Below are positions 1 through 26,749 of a stretch of 64,000 nucleotides of DNA, one piece after another. A model generated the notes under the pieces. The model was not told the DNA's origin and made no database searches. It saw nothing but the letters and a program-made list of their open reading frames with translations. Every line of letters starts with the position of its first letter. Position 1 is the stretch's first letter. Made by a program: the position numbers and the translations under genes. Source of the stretch: the human T2T-CHM13v2.0 reference genome, Homo sapiens. Location: NCBI RefSeq assembly GCF_009914755.1, contig NC_060944.1. One strand, written 5' to 3'.

Positions 1-132
1 CCACCGCGCTCAGTCAAAATGTATATAAATGAAATCACAACATAAATTTTAAGATGATTTGGTTGATGAAGAAAATACTGAAAACTTGTGGGTTGCAGTT
101 AAAGTTGTGCTTCGAGGTTATAGCTGTAAATC

Positions 133-296
133 TGTGGCTCTCCACCTTAGCTGCACCTAGAATCACTTGCGGAGCTTTTGATGTCCAAGCCACTCTTCAG
201 ACCATTTGACTCAGAACCTCTAGGGGTGCACCCCAAACATTTGAAAACTCTCCAGGTGATTCCAATGTGCAGCTAAGGTTGAGAATCACTGCTTTA
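133..296. mobile_element. MER5A (hAT-Charlie) DNA transposon
   Basis: TAGAATCAC...CTCCAGGTGATTCCAATGTGCAGC...GTTGAGAATCACTG, the palindromic MER5A pattern. Confidence 0.75.
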
Positions 297-819
297 AAAG
301 CACATATTAGAAAAGAAAAAACATTCCTCTCAATAACTCAGAACTGCTAATTAAACCTAAAGAAGTAGAAGAAAGAAAAATATAAATAAGAGCAAAAATT
401 AATGATCTAAGGGAAGAAGTACAGTAGAGAGGATCTTAAAAACTGTCAGTTGGATCTTTGAAAAGAGTAAGAATAATATTGACAAACCCCTGGCAAGATT
501 AACCAAGGAAAAAAGAGAGAAGGTATATGGTATATGTAGCCAATGTCAGAAATAAAAAAGGGGGCATTCCTCCAAATCCCGCAGACGTTTTTTTCCTCCA
601 GAAGGGTATTTGATGAACAACTTTATGTGAATGAATTTGAAAATGAAACAGATGGAATGGGACCATTAAAAGAAAAATATGCAACTTGCCAAAACTGACA
701 CAGAAGAAGTAAGGAGCCTGAATAGTTCTGTATCCATTTTTAAAACAACACTAATTTAAGTTTTGTCATAGTGAAAACTCTAGGCCCCAGGTGGCTTCAT
801 TGGTAACATAACCTTTTTA

Positions 820-1126
<307 letters not shown>

Positions 1127-1314
1127 TCATCTTAATCAATGGAGGAGATAAAGCATTTGATAAAATTTAATACCCATTCATTTTTAAAAAAATTTCTTAG
1201 AAAACTAGAAAGAGAAACTTCTGGAACACTGATAATGGAACAACATAAAAAGTCAACAGCAAACCACTTTCTTAATGGTAGAATGTTAGAAGTTTGAGTT
1301 TGGGAACAAGACAG

Positions 1315-1642
1315 AGATCCACTTTCCACAGTTTCAATTACTCAGGGTCAACCGTGGTCCAAAAACATTAAGTGGAAAATTCCAGAAATAAACAATTTAT
1401 AAGTCTTAAATTGTACTCCATTCTGAGTAGTGTGATGAAATGTCGTGCCATCCTGCTTCGTCCCACCTGGGATAGGAATCATCCCTTGGTCCAGTGTATC
1501 CACGCCCCTATGCTACCCACCCACTAGTGTCTTGGTTATCAGATCTAAAAATCATAGTATATGTAGGGTTCAGTACTATCCATGGTTTCACGCATCCACT
1601 GGGAGGCTGGGAATGTAACCCCACAGATTAAGCAGGACACTA
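1315..1642 (+). mobile_element. MER44-type (Tigger) DNA transposon
   Basis: GGTCAACCGTGGTCC...GGAAAATTCCAGAAATAAACAAT...GTACTATCCATGGTTTCA.GCATCCACTGGG. Confidence 0.7.
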
Positions 1643-2414
1643 TATTGCCAAATCCAAAGGATACTTTTTGGTTCTCCTCTTCTTGACTTCTCGGTGATAT
1701 CAACCAACTGACTGCTTCATGAGCGAGACTCTTCCAGCCGTCTCTGACCCATGCTGCCCTACTGCTGCTTCTTAGCCTGCCTATTATGCAATCTTTTCTA
1801 TTCAGCCTCTCACTGTTGATTTTTTCCCAGACCTTGACCCTGGCCGTCTTCTCACTCTGTGTTCTCTGACTGGACTCTGCCTTCCCCATCTGCAGCACGA
1901 CATGCCCAGAAGTGACCAATTCCATCCTTCCTCACCGGTGTTCCCCACCTCACTAACTGGCAACATGGCTCTGCTGGTTCCAAGCCACTTCTCTTGCTTT
2001 CACTCAGCAGGCACTCCCTTACCAGGCCCCAGAGCTGTGGCCGTCAGTGCACTCTCCACCTCCACTCCCCACCCCACCAACCCTAGCATCACAGTCTCGC
2101 CTGGACCTTTTCACTTGACTTTGGCCCCTCCAGAATCCACAAAAAGTCCAGAGAAGACCTTTAAAGATCATGTATCTAGCCCCTTACCTTCCTGTTGTAT
2201 CTAAAATAAAATTCAGCGTCCTGGGTGAACTGGCGTCCGCTTTTCCATATTCAGCTTGCACTCTTCTCTTCCACATTTCTGCTACCAGGACCATCTCCTA
2301 TGTCTTCAAAAGCACAAGCTCTTTCCCTACACTGAGCATTTGTACATGCTTATCCCATTTTCTGGAACACTCTTCTCACTACCCTTCATTCTGTATACTT
2401 TCATACCTTGCTTG

Positions 2415-3125
2415 ATTTTTCCAGACAACAACAAATTCTCCAATTCTCTGACACCAACTCAGTGTCTCACAGTTCAGTTCCATTCAGACACTACCCATAG
2501 TTGGAGCAAATCCTGCAGGTTAGGGGCTCAGTCCCACAAGACTGCTCCCACTTCAGACACTAAGCACAAATGGGTCCCCAGGCTACCTCACTGCTACTGG
2601 GCCAACTACAAATTCAGGGCTTCTGGTGACTGCTCACTCCAAGATTTGACAATTTGTTAGAACAGCTCACAGAACTCAGGAGAGCACTATACGTAGAATT
2701 ACAGTTTTATTATACAGGGTACAACTCAGGAACCGCCAAATGGAAGACATGAATAGGACAAGGCATGGGGGTGGGTGAGCACAGCTCTTTCATGCCGTCT
2801 CTGGACAAGCCTCCTCCCTGCACGTGGATATATTCACTATCCTGGAAGCTCCCCCAAGCCTCATCATTCTGAGTTTTTTTTATTGAGGTTTCATTACATA
2901 GGCATGATGGATGAAATCACTTTCTATTGGTGACTGAACTCATCTCCAGCCCCTTTCCCCTTCTTGGAGGTTGGGGGATGGAGCTGAAAGTTCTAACCCT
3001 CTAACCACCTAGTTGGGTTTTCCGGTGACCAGCCCCCGCATCTGAGGCTCTTTAGGCCCCTCTCCCCATGAGTCATTCATTAGCACACAAAAGACACTCC
3101 TGTCCCTCTGAAAATTCCAAGGGGT
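2415..3125. mobile_element. MER21-family ERVL LTR
   Basis: GGGGCTCAGTCCCACAAGACTGC...TTTGTTAGAACAGCTCACAGAACTCAGG...TCATTAGCAC. Confidence 0.7.
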
Positions 3126-3844
3126 AAGCTAAATTGTCTCCCCTTGTTCCTCACTCCTGTAGAACTGTATTATTTTTCATCGTGGTATTCATCACAATTT
3201 GAAGAATATATTCATATGTTTACTTGCTTAATATCTGGGTCGGTAGCCCAAGCTTCAGGGGAGCAGTGCACTGTCTCTCGTTCACTCCTATACACACACA
3301 GCTTCAGCATCTAGTACATAATCTAGTAAGATATTTGTGGGAAGTAAACTTAGACTCTTCAGGGTAAGTGCAGAGTGAGGAGGAACCATAGGCACCAACC
3401 TCTCAGGGAAAAAAGCTTGTGTCAATGGCTTGCTTTTAAGGGATGTAGGGGCTGTATTGTAGCTCCAGTAGACATCCTTAAATTCTTGGAGCATGTGTAT
3501 GGAATAAGATGGCCCTGCTGCCAAGTACGTACAGCCTGGTGAGGACCGGCCACTTCTCCTGGACATTCAGTCCCTGGGCGACCGAATGACACTATCAGAA
3601 TAAGTCGAGGAAGTACTTTTCAGGCCCATGGCCTCTTGTGTAGTAAACAAGGACAGATGGCATTTTCATCACTTCTCCCTTGTGGGGGTTGAACTTCTGG
3701 AAAAGAATCCGGAACTTTGGTTTTTCTAGACGATGTTTACTAACTAGCGATGATAAACTTTTAGCTAAGAATAGAGTTACTTTCATGGCATGGGGAAGAA
3801 AATATTTTCCCAGGACAAGTTAACCATGTCTAAAAGAATTTATT

Positions 3845-3848
<4 letters not shown>

Positions 3849-3891
<43 letters not shown>

Positions 3892-4180
3892 GGGATAGGG
3901 TCTCTGTTGCCCAGGCTGGAACACAGTGGTGCAGTCATAGCCCACTGCAGCCTCAAACTCCTGAGCTGGTCTCAAGCAGTCCTCCTCACCTCAGTCTCCC
4001 AAGTAGAGCTGGGACTGCAGGCATGCACCATCATGCCCAGCTAATATTTTCTTTTTTGTAGAGTTGGGTTCTCACTATATTGCCCAGGCTGGTCTTAAAC
4101 TTCTGGCCTCAAGCAGTCCTCCCATCTCAGCCTCCCAAGGTGCTGGGATTACCAGCGTGAGCCACTGCTCCCAGCCTGGT
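3849..4180 (-). mobile_element. AluJ with T42 tail and TSD AAAAGAATTTA
   Basis: Diverged Alu dimer; the TSD is at 3832-3842 and 4183-4193. Confidence 0.9.
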
Positions 4181-4849
4181 CCAAAAGAATTTAAAATGGA
4201 GCCTATAAGGAAAAGGGGAAAGGTATCCAGATAATCCTAAGCACTCTGAAGAATGGCTCATATAATATATGGAAAAAAGAACAAAAGTCGGGGGGAAATT
4301 CGATGATTCAAATGAGAAAATCAATGTAAAGTGAGTTAGAAAAAATATTTCCAGACTCCGGGCACAGAAAAGTAAACTCTAGGTCCTGACACAGTCTGTT
4401 GAGACCTGTGTCCTAATGAGATGCTTTTCCAGCCTCAGGAAGGAGCCTCCTTAAAGAGGGAAATAAGAGACTCTCCTCTGCTTGCTTTTCTGTAGCTTCT
4501 TGTAGCTGGAGCAGCAAGTAGAAGGGACTGGGGAACTGGTGTTGTCAACAGATCTTCACTGAATACAGAAGGGCCCTCTCACCTTCCCTGAGGCATAGAG
4601 GGAAGCAGGCACAGACTGTATTACGGGTGGACCCAAGAGAGGTTTCTGAGTGACACCAGGGTCCTCGCCTCTCAGCAGCAGCGGCAGGCTCTTGACCAAC
4701 TTAGAAGCTGTTGCCGTTGGCTTCATGCTCTTCCTTGTGGATTTGCTGCCTCCTTATGTTTATCTATTAGAATAAAAATAACAAAAATCAGGATTATGCG
4801 TGGAAGCCAAGAAAGACTGAGAAGGTTATTCTCAGACCTCTTTACTGGT

Positions 4850-5780
4850 TCTTCCTGTTCTCCTCAACTTCTCATTGTTAGGGTGGCCCCAGGACATTCT
4901 CATCTATCTGTATTCACTCTCTTGGTGAATGTGGCCAGGTTTATTGCTTGAAATACCATATATATCCTGATGCCTTCCAAATGCCATGCCCAGCCCAGAC
5001 CTGGCAGCCAGCCTCCAGGTTAGAATATCTGCCCAGGACATCTCCCCTGGGCTGTCCGGTAGATATCTCAGGGTTCTGCATGTCTAAAATGGATCTACTG
5101 ATATGTCCAGATTCCAAAGTGCTTTTCACACCCCTGCTTCCACAGCTCTGGTTTGAGCCACCATCATCTCACCTAGACTGCTGGTCTCCCTGATAATGCC
5201 ATTGCACCTCTAATGGTTTTCTCAGCAAACGTTAAATCACAACACTCTGTTTAAAAACCTGCACTGGCTCTTTCCCAATGCCCTCATAATGCTTGCAGTG
5301 CCCCACATGATCTGCCCTTCACCCTCACCCTTCTCTCTGCCTTTGTCTCTGGCCTTACACACCCCACTCCAAACATGCTGGCCTCCTGAGGCTCCCCAAG
5401 CCATCCCAGGCACGGCCTTGCCTCGGGCTTTGCACTGACTGCTCCTTTTTCCAGATGCACTTTTGCAGGCGTCCATGAGCCACCTCCCATACCTTCTCCA
5501 AGTCTTTGTTCAAATGTCACCTTCTGAGAAAGAAAGGCCCACACACTCTGACCATCCTGCTGTGGAGTGCCACTGGTACTCCTGAACCCCTTGCTCTTAG
5601 CATCTTTTTATTTCTGTAGCACTTACCTACCTTTTGGCATGCTCTGTAATTTGCTTATTTACTTACTGTTTGTCTCCACCTGCTGGAATGTAAATTCCAT
5701 GGGACAGTAATCTTTGCTCTGTTTATCAGTGTTTTCCATGAGCCTAGAACAGGACCTGACCCAATTAAAGTATTGATTAA
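4850..5780. mobile_element. L2 LINE relic
   Basis: Typical L2 3' region phrases (CTTTGTTCAAATGTCACCTTCT, GGAATGTAAATTCCATGGG, GCCTAGAACAG). Confidence 0.65.
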
Positions 5781-5792
5781 AAAGACAATGTA

Positions 5793-6070
5793 GGCCAGTC
5801 ACGTGAGGCCTGTAATCTTTGCCAAGGCAGGCAGATCACTTGAGGTTAGGAGTTTGAGACCAGACTGGCCAACGTGGTGAAACCTCATCTCCACTAAAAA
5901 TACAAAAATTAGCTGGGTGTGATGGCGCACACCTGTAGTCCAAGCTACTCAGGAGGCTAAAAGAGGAGAATAGAATCGCTTGAACCTGGGAGGCAGAGGT
6001 TGCAGTGAGCTGAGATCGTGCCACTGCACTCCAGCCTGGGTGACAGAGCGAGACTGTGTCTCAAAAAAAA
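5793..6070 (+). mobile_element. AluS with small left-arm deletion, TSD AAAAAGACAATGTA
   Basis: Alu consensus match; TSD at 5779-5792 and after the tail. Confidence 0.9.
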
Positions 6071-7242
6071 GACAATGTAGACTGTCAGAGAGAAGAGTTG
6101 GCAGTGTCCTGATAGCAGAGAGGCCCAGAGATGAAGGCTTTCCACCAAGTGACGATCCTGGGGGGGTTGGAAGGCAATCCTATTGAATTGCCTGTTGTCA
6201 GGGCACCCATTGGAGGAGTCTGCACCCTTGTACCCCTTAGGGAGGAGGCAGTGAGCCTTGAGATAAGGGCAGTTCAGTCATCCTAGCATCTTAGAGTCCC
6301 TCTCTCCAGCCAGCCCAGGAGGGCTGTGTTGGTGTCAGCAGTTGGGTGCACTGAGGTGCCATTCATGAAGCTGACCCCATCCTACAAACGCAGAGCTCAG
6401 CCAGCAAGAGAGTACCTTGATGACACTGGCAGAGAGCCTTATGTCTACATGTAGCACTCTGGAAAAATACCCTGTAGCTAGCCCCTTTTACAAGTTAATG
6501 AGTAAAAATGCAGTTATAGCAGTTATCTATTTTTTTACTTGTTAAGCTTATTCTTCCTTTTAACCGCAAGTCAGCTGTTCTCTTTGCCATCACTGTAGCT
6601 TTTCAAATCATTCCACACCTGGTTTATACATGAGAGAGCATTGAAATCCTCTGCAACTATTAAGGCCACTGGGAGTTATTTTCTCTTAATATTTTTAAGA
6701 AAGTTGTTGGCTTGGGTTTGATCATTTCAAATGTGTTTTATTTTACTTAAAAATATGTATTTGTAAAAATATTGAATATACACTAATAATTACACACATT
6801 TCTTCTGTTTGCCTCTTCCTTATGAAAAGTTGATTGTTACTTTAATAATTAACTTTTTCACCTTCTTAGATTTTACCAGTAAATATCTGCTAACTTGAAT
6901 AAACAGCATGACTAATATTTGTTATAATTATCTTAGAATTATTTTTCTTATTTGGGATAAGCCACTGTGGGCCATTCTGATGAAGGCCAAGTGGAAGGTC
7001 AGGGCTCTCTCTGAATACCACATGGGAACGATACAGTCTAGAGGCCTGGTTAGGAAGCCTGGCTTACCGAAGTTGTCTCACTCATTACCTCCTGAGCCGG
7101 CACATTGTTGTGACAAAGCATCAGAAGGGAGCCCGGAGGTGGCATGTGGGAGCTGTTTTCACTGCCTGGCCTGAGGTGTGGGCAACGGTGGGAGCTGATT
7201 CTGGGGGCTGGGATAATAACTCAGTACTTTCCTTTCTCACAG

Positions 7243-19782
<12,540 letters not shown>

Positions 19783-22700
19783 TGCTGGGGCCAGGGACTC
19801 TCCCACGCACGAGCTAGTGAGTGGCACACCAGAGCCATCTGCAGGGAAGGGCGTGGCGGGGAAATGGCTGTGCGGTGCGGGACGGAAGACTGGAAACCCT
19901 CAAAGCATCTGACTCACCTGCATGATCACAAGCTTTCTTTGACGGTTTCTCCCATCCGTGTTCCAGCATCTAACCTTTTACTTTTGCATAGGAAATACTT
20001 GATTTAATTACAGGTCCAGGGATGAGCTGATGGTTGCTGGAGGAGGCCAGTGTAGAGCCAGTGAGAGAACTAGGAATGACACTCAGGTTCACTGTGGAAA
20101 ACTGTTCTTGGGACTGTCTCAACTGTGCAAAAAAACAAAAGATGGAGTGTTTACAAGTAGACATTCGTCATCAGTTGTTCTTGAACATGGTCTTTTAAAA
20201 ACTAGTCAGATGAATTAACTTGTTTTCATCTGAAGCCTGCTATCTTTTTTAAAAGATGTGCTATTTATTCTTGCACGATTTAGGCAATTATCTCTCTTCC
20301 AGGGAGTACCTTTTTTTCTAGTTGAGAATTAATAATGGTCCATCTCTTTTGATCATATCAAGCTAGGATAGAAGGGGGGCTATTTTAAATGTCAAGGTCA
20401 GCAGTGTTACTTTGAATGTAAACTGGTATAATAGGTAGTTTTCTATAGTAACTTGATTAATTTAGTCTTAATCCATTTGAAACTCTCTCTTCCTTTCTCT
20501 CTGCCTGTCCCTCTCCTTCTCCATCTCACCCTCCCTCTCTCACACATACACACACAAACACATACACACAACACTAAGTGCCTAGACTTTAAATAGATCT
20601 AGCAACTGGAAAGTTAGTAAGCCTAAGTTTTTACATAATTGCATTCCTACATTCTTGTAAAATTTAAATAGCTACCATTGGCAATCTGCTTTTTTTCTAA
20701 AATCTGATTTGCAGCCAGGAAAGAATTTTCTCACCCAAGGAACATTTGATCTAGCAGCAGGGATGAGAGGAAAGCAGAAATGAATGAACTGTGAAAGCTC
20801 CTGTTTTTATTATCAAAAAGGACACTGTCAAGAAGGCGCCCCCTGCCCCCACCCCCGTGTCACCCTAGGCCTGATAAGCGATCAGAGGAAAGGACTCATT
20901 CATGTCACGCTTCCTTGAGCAGAAAAGAGCACTGAGAGCACTTGGGACCCCTGGATCAGAGAGCATCTGTGTGTCCTGCAGCCTCCTCTGAACTTGTGGT
21001 TCATTCTCAGGCTGGGGTGGACTCAGATGCCAGGAAAGGGACAGCCTCCCATTGTCAGGCAGAAGCTGCCCAAAGCCTGGAGAAGGACTTGTTTGCCCTC
21101 TTTCCCCCAGGAGGGGCTCGACCCACCCACCCTCCCTCTCAGACCAAGGTGGTGGCTGTGAGGAGGGCAGCAAATGCTGACAAGGATGAAAAGCACATGG
21201 AAAAAAATGGACGAGGAGGGAAAACTCTGCCAAATGGAAAATGACCAAATTTAAGAGGGTGGGACAGTCCCCTGCTCCTCTCCCAGAGGGCACTGCTTGG
21301 AAATTGTGTTTTCCCCATTTATGGTGCTCTGTATTCTGGCATTATGCAGCAGCCTCCCAGAAGCTCTCTTCTGCTTCAAAACCTGGGATCTCTGGCATTA
21401 CCCTATTGGGATGGACCGCTGGACAGCAATGCTCGAGTTTGTGAATTTGGAGAGATACTCAAAAGAGCTAAAACTGCAGCATTTTACCTTTAAATGCAGT
21501 GCCTAGAGAGAGAGTATTGTCTCTTCCCCAACACTAACCCCACTCCCGTGAAGAATTGCCTGGAAAGATGTTTTCAAGGAATTTGAACCATAAAACACTA
21601 TCTGATGCACAGAACACCTCTACTTTGAGACTCACCTCTCATAAAGCTTCTTTTTCACATTACTGTTAAAGACCAGACGTTCTAGAAAAGACCCCTCCTC
21701 TCATGAGCTCCCCCATCCCTGCTACAGAACACAGCACCCATGGCGCCTGCAGTGGACTGGCCCCTTAATTCCCACAGGCCCCCCCAGCAAGGCCAAAGGG
21801 AGGCCCCTGGGTATTGTCCTCCTACAAGGAAGATCCTCTTTGTTTGTTCAAAGGACCAGTTTTCCTAGGCCAAAGAAGTCTCTTCCCCATGTTAGTCCTA
21901 TGCCTTGAAATATCATGCACCATGACCCACAGCCATCTGGTTATGTCTTATTTTTTTCCTAAAAGATAATGTTTATTTTTAAAAAGGAAGGAAGGAGCAA
22001 GTGAAGTTTCATTCTGCTCCAGCGGTGGGGAAGCCGCTGAATCCACCTGCTTCTCCTTTGCAACCGACAGCAAACAGCTTTCTCCGGCCTCAGGGCAGAA
22101 AAAGGGAATGGCAGGGAGTAAGAGGCGCTGGGCTCGGAGCCTGTTTCCAAGAAGGAATTGGTTGTCATCTGGCAGTGTTGCGCGTCACAAGAGAGCCTGT
22201 ATATAAATTAAAATAGTCAAGACAACACTGACCTTGCACTTGTACATAACTATACAGTAGTGTCCAGAATGTTCAGACATTCGGAGTGTACATAAAACAG
22301 AAAAAATCTTCATGTATTTTTATTAAATATAACAATGTCTGAGTTTCACCTAAGATGTTTTTGTGCCATATGCTGGATATCCAGGTTCTCGCCAGGCCCC
22401 AATACATGAATAACAAACCCAAGAAACGCATCCCCATTGTGTGATGTGTTCAGATGCATCTGGCACCAATTAGGTATTTCTTAAAACAGGACTCATCTGT
22501 CAGAGTGCACATGAAAAATCAGGCAGGGAATCGAAACGACAGCGCTGGAGGAGACTCAGGAAGCAGAGGCGTCCCTGCCGCTGCCCTTGGCCCTGCAAGC
22601 ACATCATGACCCTTTCTGGCAGCCTCTTGGTGCTCTGGGTAGTGAGGGATGACCAGTCTTGTCCTGAGAAATGTTTCTCTTAGTCTTTAAGTTCAAAGAC

Positions 22701-24060
22701 TAACCTGTAGCAATCAGACTTTCCAAAAGGGGGTTCTCCATTTTTTGTAGTTTTGTCTAAATTTTTAATGACCATTTCCTGGAATCAGTTTATTATACTG
22801 AAAACTGGGGGTGGGAGTAGGGAGCTAGTTTGTTGATAAATAGTTCCCATTTCCCCGTGGAGAATTTGACATACCCTGGACTCCTGTGTGCCTCCTGCCA
22901 TCCCTGCACACAGCCTGGGGAGAAGCCTGTGCCTCCCCGTGTGGAGAGAAGGCAACCCCAGATCCCCTGAGCTACCCCGGAGGAAAGGCAGTCCTGGACA
23001 GAAGACTGTCAGCAGAAGGAAAGTACTGGACTACCCGTGGGTAAGTCCTGCCATTCAAGACTGGAGACACCTGGGAAATAAAAAGAGCAGGGCACTGCTG
23101 GTGGGAAGAGGCATTTTACCTTCCAGTGCAAATCCTGCTCCTTTGATTTAATGGGGTGTACTGGGGCCAGGGGCTGATTCACTTCCTTGGGAGATGGTGG
23201 TGTTTTCATGAACATCTTTGATCCTTCCATTTCATTTATTCATCCATCCATTCAACAAGTATTTGCTAAACACTAACTTAAGCTAATGCTAGGGTAGTGA
23301 CTGAGATGTAAAAATAGATTTTAGAATTAAAACAAAATCCAAGTCCTCACACCCCTGTCATCCCAGGAGATCTTTCCTTGTGGTGGTTTCTGTGAGAATT
23401 GGCCATCCTGAGGACACAGCCAGGACGGCAGAGGCCTCCTGGCCTCAGGGCATGCCCTGCCTACCTTCTGAAATGTTTACCCCATTGACCAAACTTGGCT
23501 CCAGCCATTGCGGTGGTTTCTAGATAGCCAGGCCCACCAAGAGATATTGCCCCTTGATGAGAGTCAAACACCCTGCCTACAAGGAGATGTTTTGAAATGG
23601 AGAGGAAAATTGGCACCTCATCTTTTAAAGGCAGTAATGGAATTGATTTTCAGTAACTGAATTTGTGCACAAAACATTCTAAACACTAGTGAAGCCTGTT
23701 TCGTTGAACTAATTCTGGCTCTGGAAATGTTTTTGTTTTATAGTTATTTACGATTTCGTTTGTTTGGATTCAAGCTTAGTTTGTTAATATGTATAATTTA
23801 GCATCTATTACACTCATGTAAATATGGAGTAAGTATTGTAAACTATTTCATTGCGGGGATTGTGGGTGTTATACATACATTTAGGACTGCAATTTTTTGG
23901 TATTTTTTGTATTGTAAAATAACAGCTAATTTAAGCAGGAACAAGAGAACTAAGGGAGGTCTGTGCATTTTAAACACAAATGTGAAGAACTTGTATATAA
24001 ACAAAAGTAAATACTATAATACAAACTTCCTTCTGAAATAAAAGTAGATCTGGTAAAAAT
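19783..24060 (+). other. ATRN: ATRN 3' UTR (~4.3 kb)
   Basis: Follows TGA at 19780-19782; repeat-poor, U-rich; ends at AATAAA 24037-24042 followed by a GU/U-rich tract. Confidence 0.85.
20483..20574. repeat. Imperfect (CT)n(CA)n microsatellite in ATRN 3' UTR
   Basis: Visible directly. Confidence 0.8.
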
Positions 24061-24100
24061 GTGGCTTTTGTTCTGAGTGTTTCATTTTGATTTTGCATTG
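24037..24100 (+). terminator. ATRN distal poly(A) signal and downstream GU-rich element
   Basis: AATAAA at 24037-24042, then GTGGCTTTTGTTCTGAGTGTTTCATTTTGATTTTG about 20 nt downstream. Confidence 0.8.
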
Positions 24101-24926
24101 TTTTGCCTATATTTACATTTTGGTCATTAGAACCTTAAGGGAAAAAAAAAAGCGTTTACCAGTTTTCAGACTGCCTCAGAGGGAGCACTTGACAGTTAAC
24201 GGAGGTGAGGGTGAAAACCCCTGGCAGGTACCTCAGACAGCCCTCCAGGCAGCTTGTGAGCCACAGACCTTCCACACAGCCTTTGTGTGCCTACAGGGCA
24301 GCTGGGCCCGTGGGGGCAGGGACAGATCTGAGCAGTGAGGTATGGACAGCCGTCTCACTGCTCCACTAACCACACCACTGTCTCCAGTGGTGCTGTTATC
24401 CCTCCACTTTGCGCTCTCCTCACAGGCTCCTGAATGTCCTCTAGGTTGTCTCCAAACTGCTAAATCTCAGGTGTGCTGACAGGTCTCAGCCGTGGCCAGT
24501 GTTTTCCTCGGCCTTGAAGTTTTGAGGAAGTTACTCCCATTGGCAAGGCCTTGTTTGGGGGCCTCCTGTGTGTCCTGCCCCCTTTTATTTGGCTCCTGCC
24601 CTCAGAATGGGTCAGAGTCATGTATTTCAGTGCAGAGTGCAGATTCCCAGTGCTAGCAGTTCCTTCCAGAAGGATGAGGTCATTGAAAGAAGGAGGAAAC
24701 ACAAGACGGTCACTCCTATAGGGGAAGATGGCAGGGTACTAGGGCCAGGGCCTGAGGTGAGGGCAGGAGCCTGGAGGAGGCCTGCCTACCAGAGCTCAGG
24801 TCTGGCTTAGGGAGGGAAATGGCTGGACTAGTGGCTGCAAACAAGTTGAGAAGGACCTTGAAACTCTTCCAGGGAGGGTTATGTGAGCCACCAACAGTAA
24901 CAGGATAGAAACCCTGTGATTTGGTG

Positions 24927-26740
24927 GTACTGTGGCAGAGACAATGCTGTGTTTACCAAACCTACTGGGCCCACAGCTCATCATTTCCCAGCCTCCCTGC
25001 AGTTAGGTTGGGACCAAGCTAAGCCATGGCCAAGGAAAGGTTGGAAGAAGTGATGGGCACCAATTCCAAACGTGGCACACAAATGCTCCCACAGGGGACT
25101 CTCCTACGGATCACATGTTAAAGACTGGAGGGACTGTGGGTCCCTGAGTCACCCCTTAGAGGCCGGCCGCCTGATCAGTAAGAGCTGTGCTGGCCTTTGC
25201 ATCACTGGAAAGCAAACTCACTCTGCTGATCCACTGAGATTTGGGGCTTTGTTACACTAGTTAGCTTTTCTTATTCTCACTAATATACAAATCAGCACTT
25301 TGAAGTGCAGTGCACCTGTAACCAAACCCTTAAGTACATGGCACTGGCTCAGCGTGTGGCCAGGTGGCGAGCAGTGATAAGACAGGTGCAGCTGGCAGGA
25401 CAACTGAGGTCCCTGCCAGGCGGAGCAAAACATCTGGTAAGGCCGTTTCACTCGATAACTCGGAAAACAAACTCCATGTCTGCTGACTTTTTGACTTGAG
25501 GGGAATAAACAACAACAACAACAACAAATATGTGTTGATTGTTACTGGCTGCTTTTGGCGAGGCATCACGAGAAAAAGTTTACTTCAAGAAAGAATTAGC
25601 CAGTTTACAAGCAGAAGGGAAAAAGATGGAAAGATGTCAACCAGGGCCTTGCAATTCTGGAAAAGCCAACTGCTTCTAGTCTCCAACCAGTAAGAGGTGC
25701 AGGTGAGCAACAAAGGCCCCATGAGACTTAGTTGAACACAGTGACTGGGCCTCATGGTGACCATCCAATGAAGGGTGTGGTCTTCCCACTGGAGCATGGA
25801 AACTGCAAAGCCACCAGCTTGAGGGAGGGGCACGTGGTTAAGGAAGCAAAGAAAAAGCTGACATGAGAACTGTTTCCAGGAACAAACCATGAATGTAGTC
25901 ACTGACCCTGGACCTGCCTGGAAATAAATAAAGATGTAGTAAATTTAAGAAACCATTAGCAAAGCCTTAAAAAAAAAAAACAAAAAAAAAAACGGTGGCG
26001 ATTGAGGAAGTCTTAAATCCACCTTCAGGCAGGAAAATGGTTGTGAAAGCTGTGTCCAGCGAGGGCTTTACAAGCTCAGATGTGGGCCCAAGAGCAGAAC
26101 TGGGCCTGAGCGAGGACTCCCCCCAGCCCAGGACAGGGCCCAGCAGGATTGCAAAAACACCGCAGAGCAGCAATTGCTGCATCTGCACCCGCTCCTTCCT
26201 GGGTAGGAGGGCCTAGGAGGGTGTCCTGCCTTTTCTCATCACTACCTGCTGGGTGGGAGGTGGATTAAGCTGTCTTGTTAATTCAGGATTGTGGACTTCA
26301 AAGAGCCACCTGAGGGAGGCTGCATCACCTGGAGGTCTGGGCGGGGTGTGACCTCGTATTGTCCCCCTAGGAGAGGGTGCCTGTGACCCATGTAGGAGAG
26401 GAAGCACAAAACTGGTTTTGGTGATCAGAATAGCAAACTGGGCCAGATGCTTACCACACATTTCCTCTTCCTGAGTCCACAGCTTCGACTGCATGGCCTG
26501 GGCCCGTGGCATCTACCCAGATGCCTTGGGACCAGCCCTCACCAATGATGTGTCATTTCAAGGCCATTCACAGTGACAGTGTCTCCTCTACTGTCTCCAT
26601 CAACCTTGAAGGCTTATGGTGAAGATGGTAATACAACAGGATTGAAGGAGACTGGGTCCCTGAATGACTTTGTGGAACAGAGCACTATAGGCCAAAGGTA
26701 GTAGAATTAGGTATCTTGTTTTATGCTGCTTAAGTGAATT
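24927..26740 (+). mobile_element. MLT1 LTR (~24927-25290) followed by probable MaLR internal relic and LTR fragment
   Basis: TTTCCCAGCCTCCCTGCAGTTAGG...CCACTGAGATTTGGGGCTTTGTTAC...ACTAATATACA then an int-like junction; internal part uncertain. Confidence 0.5.
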
Positions 26741-26749
26741 AATTAATTC

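Noticed and set aside
3288-3830. Minus-strand ORFs with protein-like text (LQEFKDVYWSY faintly Gypsy-pol-like; FRILFQKFNPHKGE)
   Set aside because: No further retroelement or known-protein motifs recognised, and no poly(A)/TSD for a processed pseudogene; would need BLASTX/Dfam.
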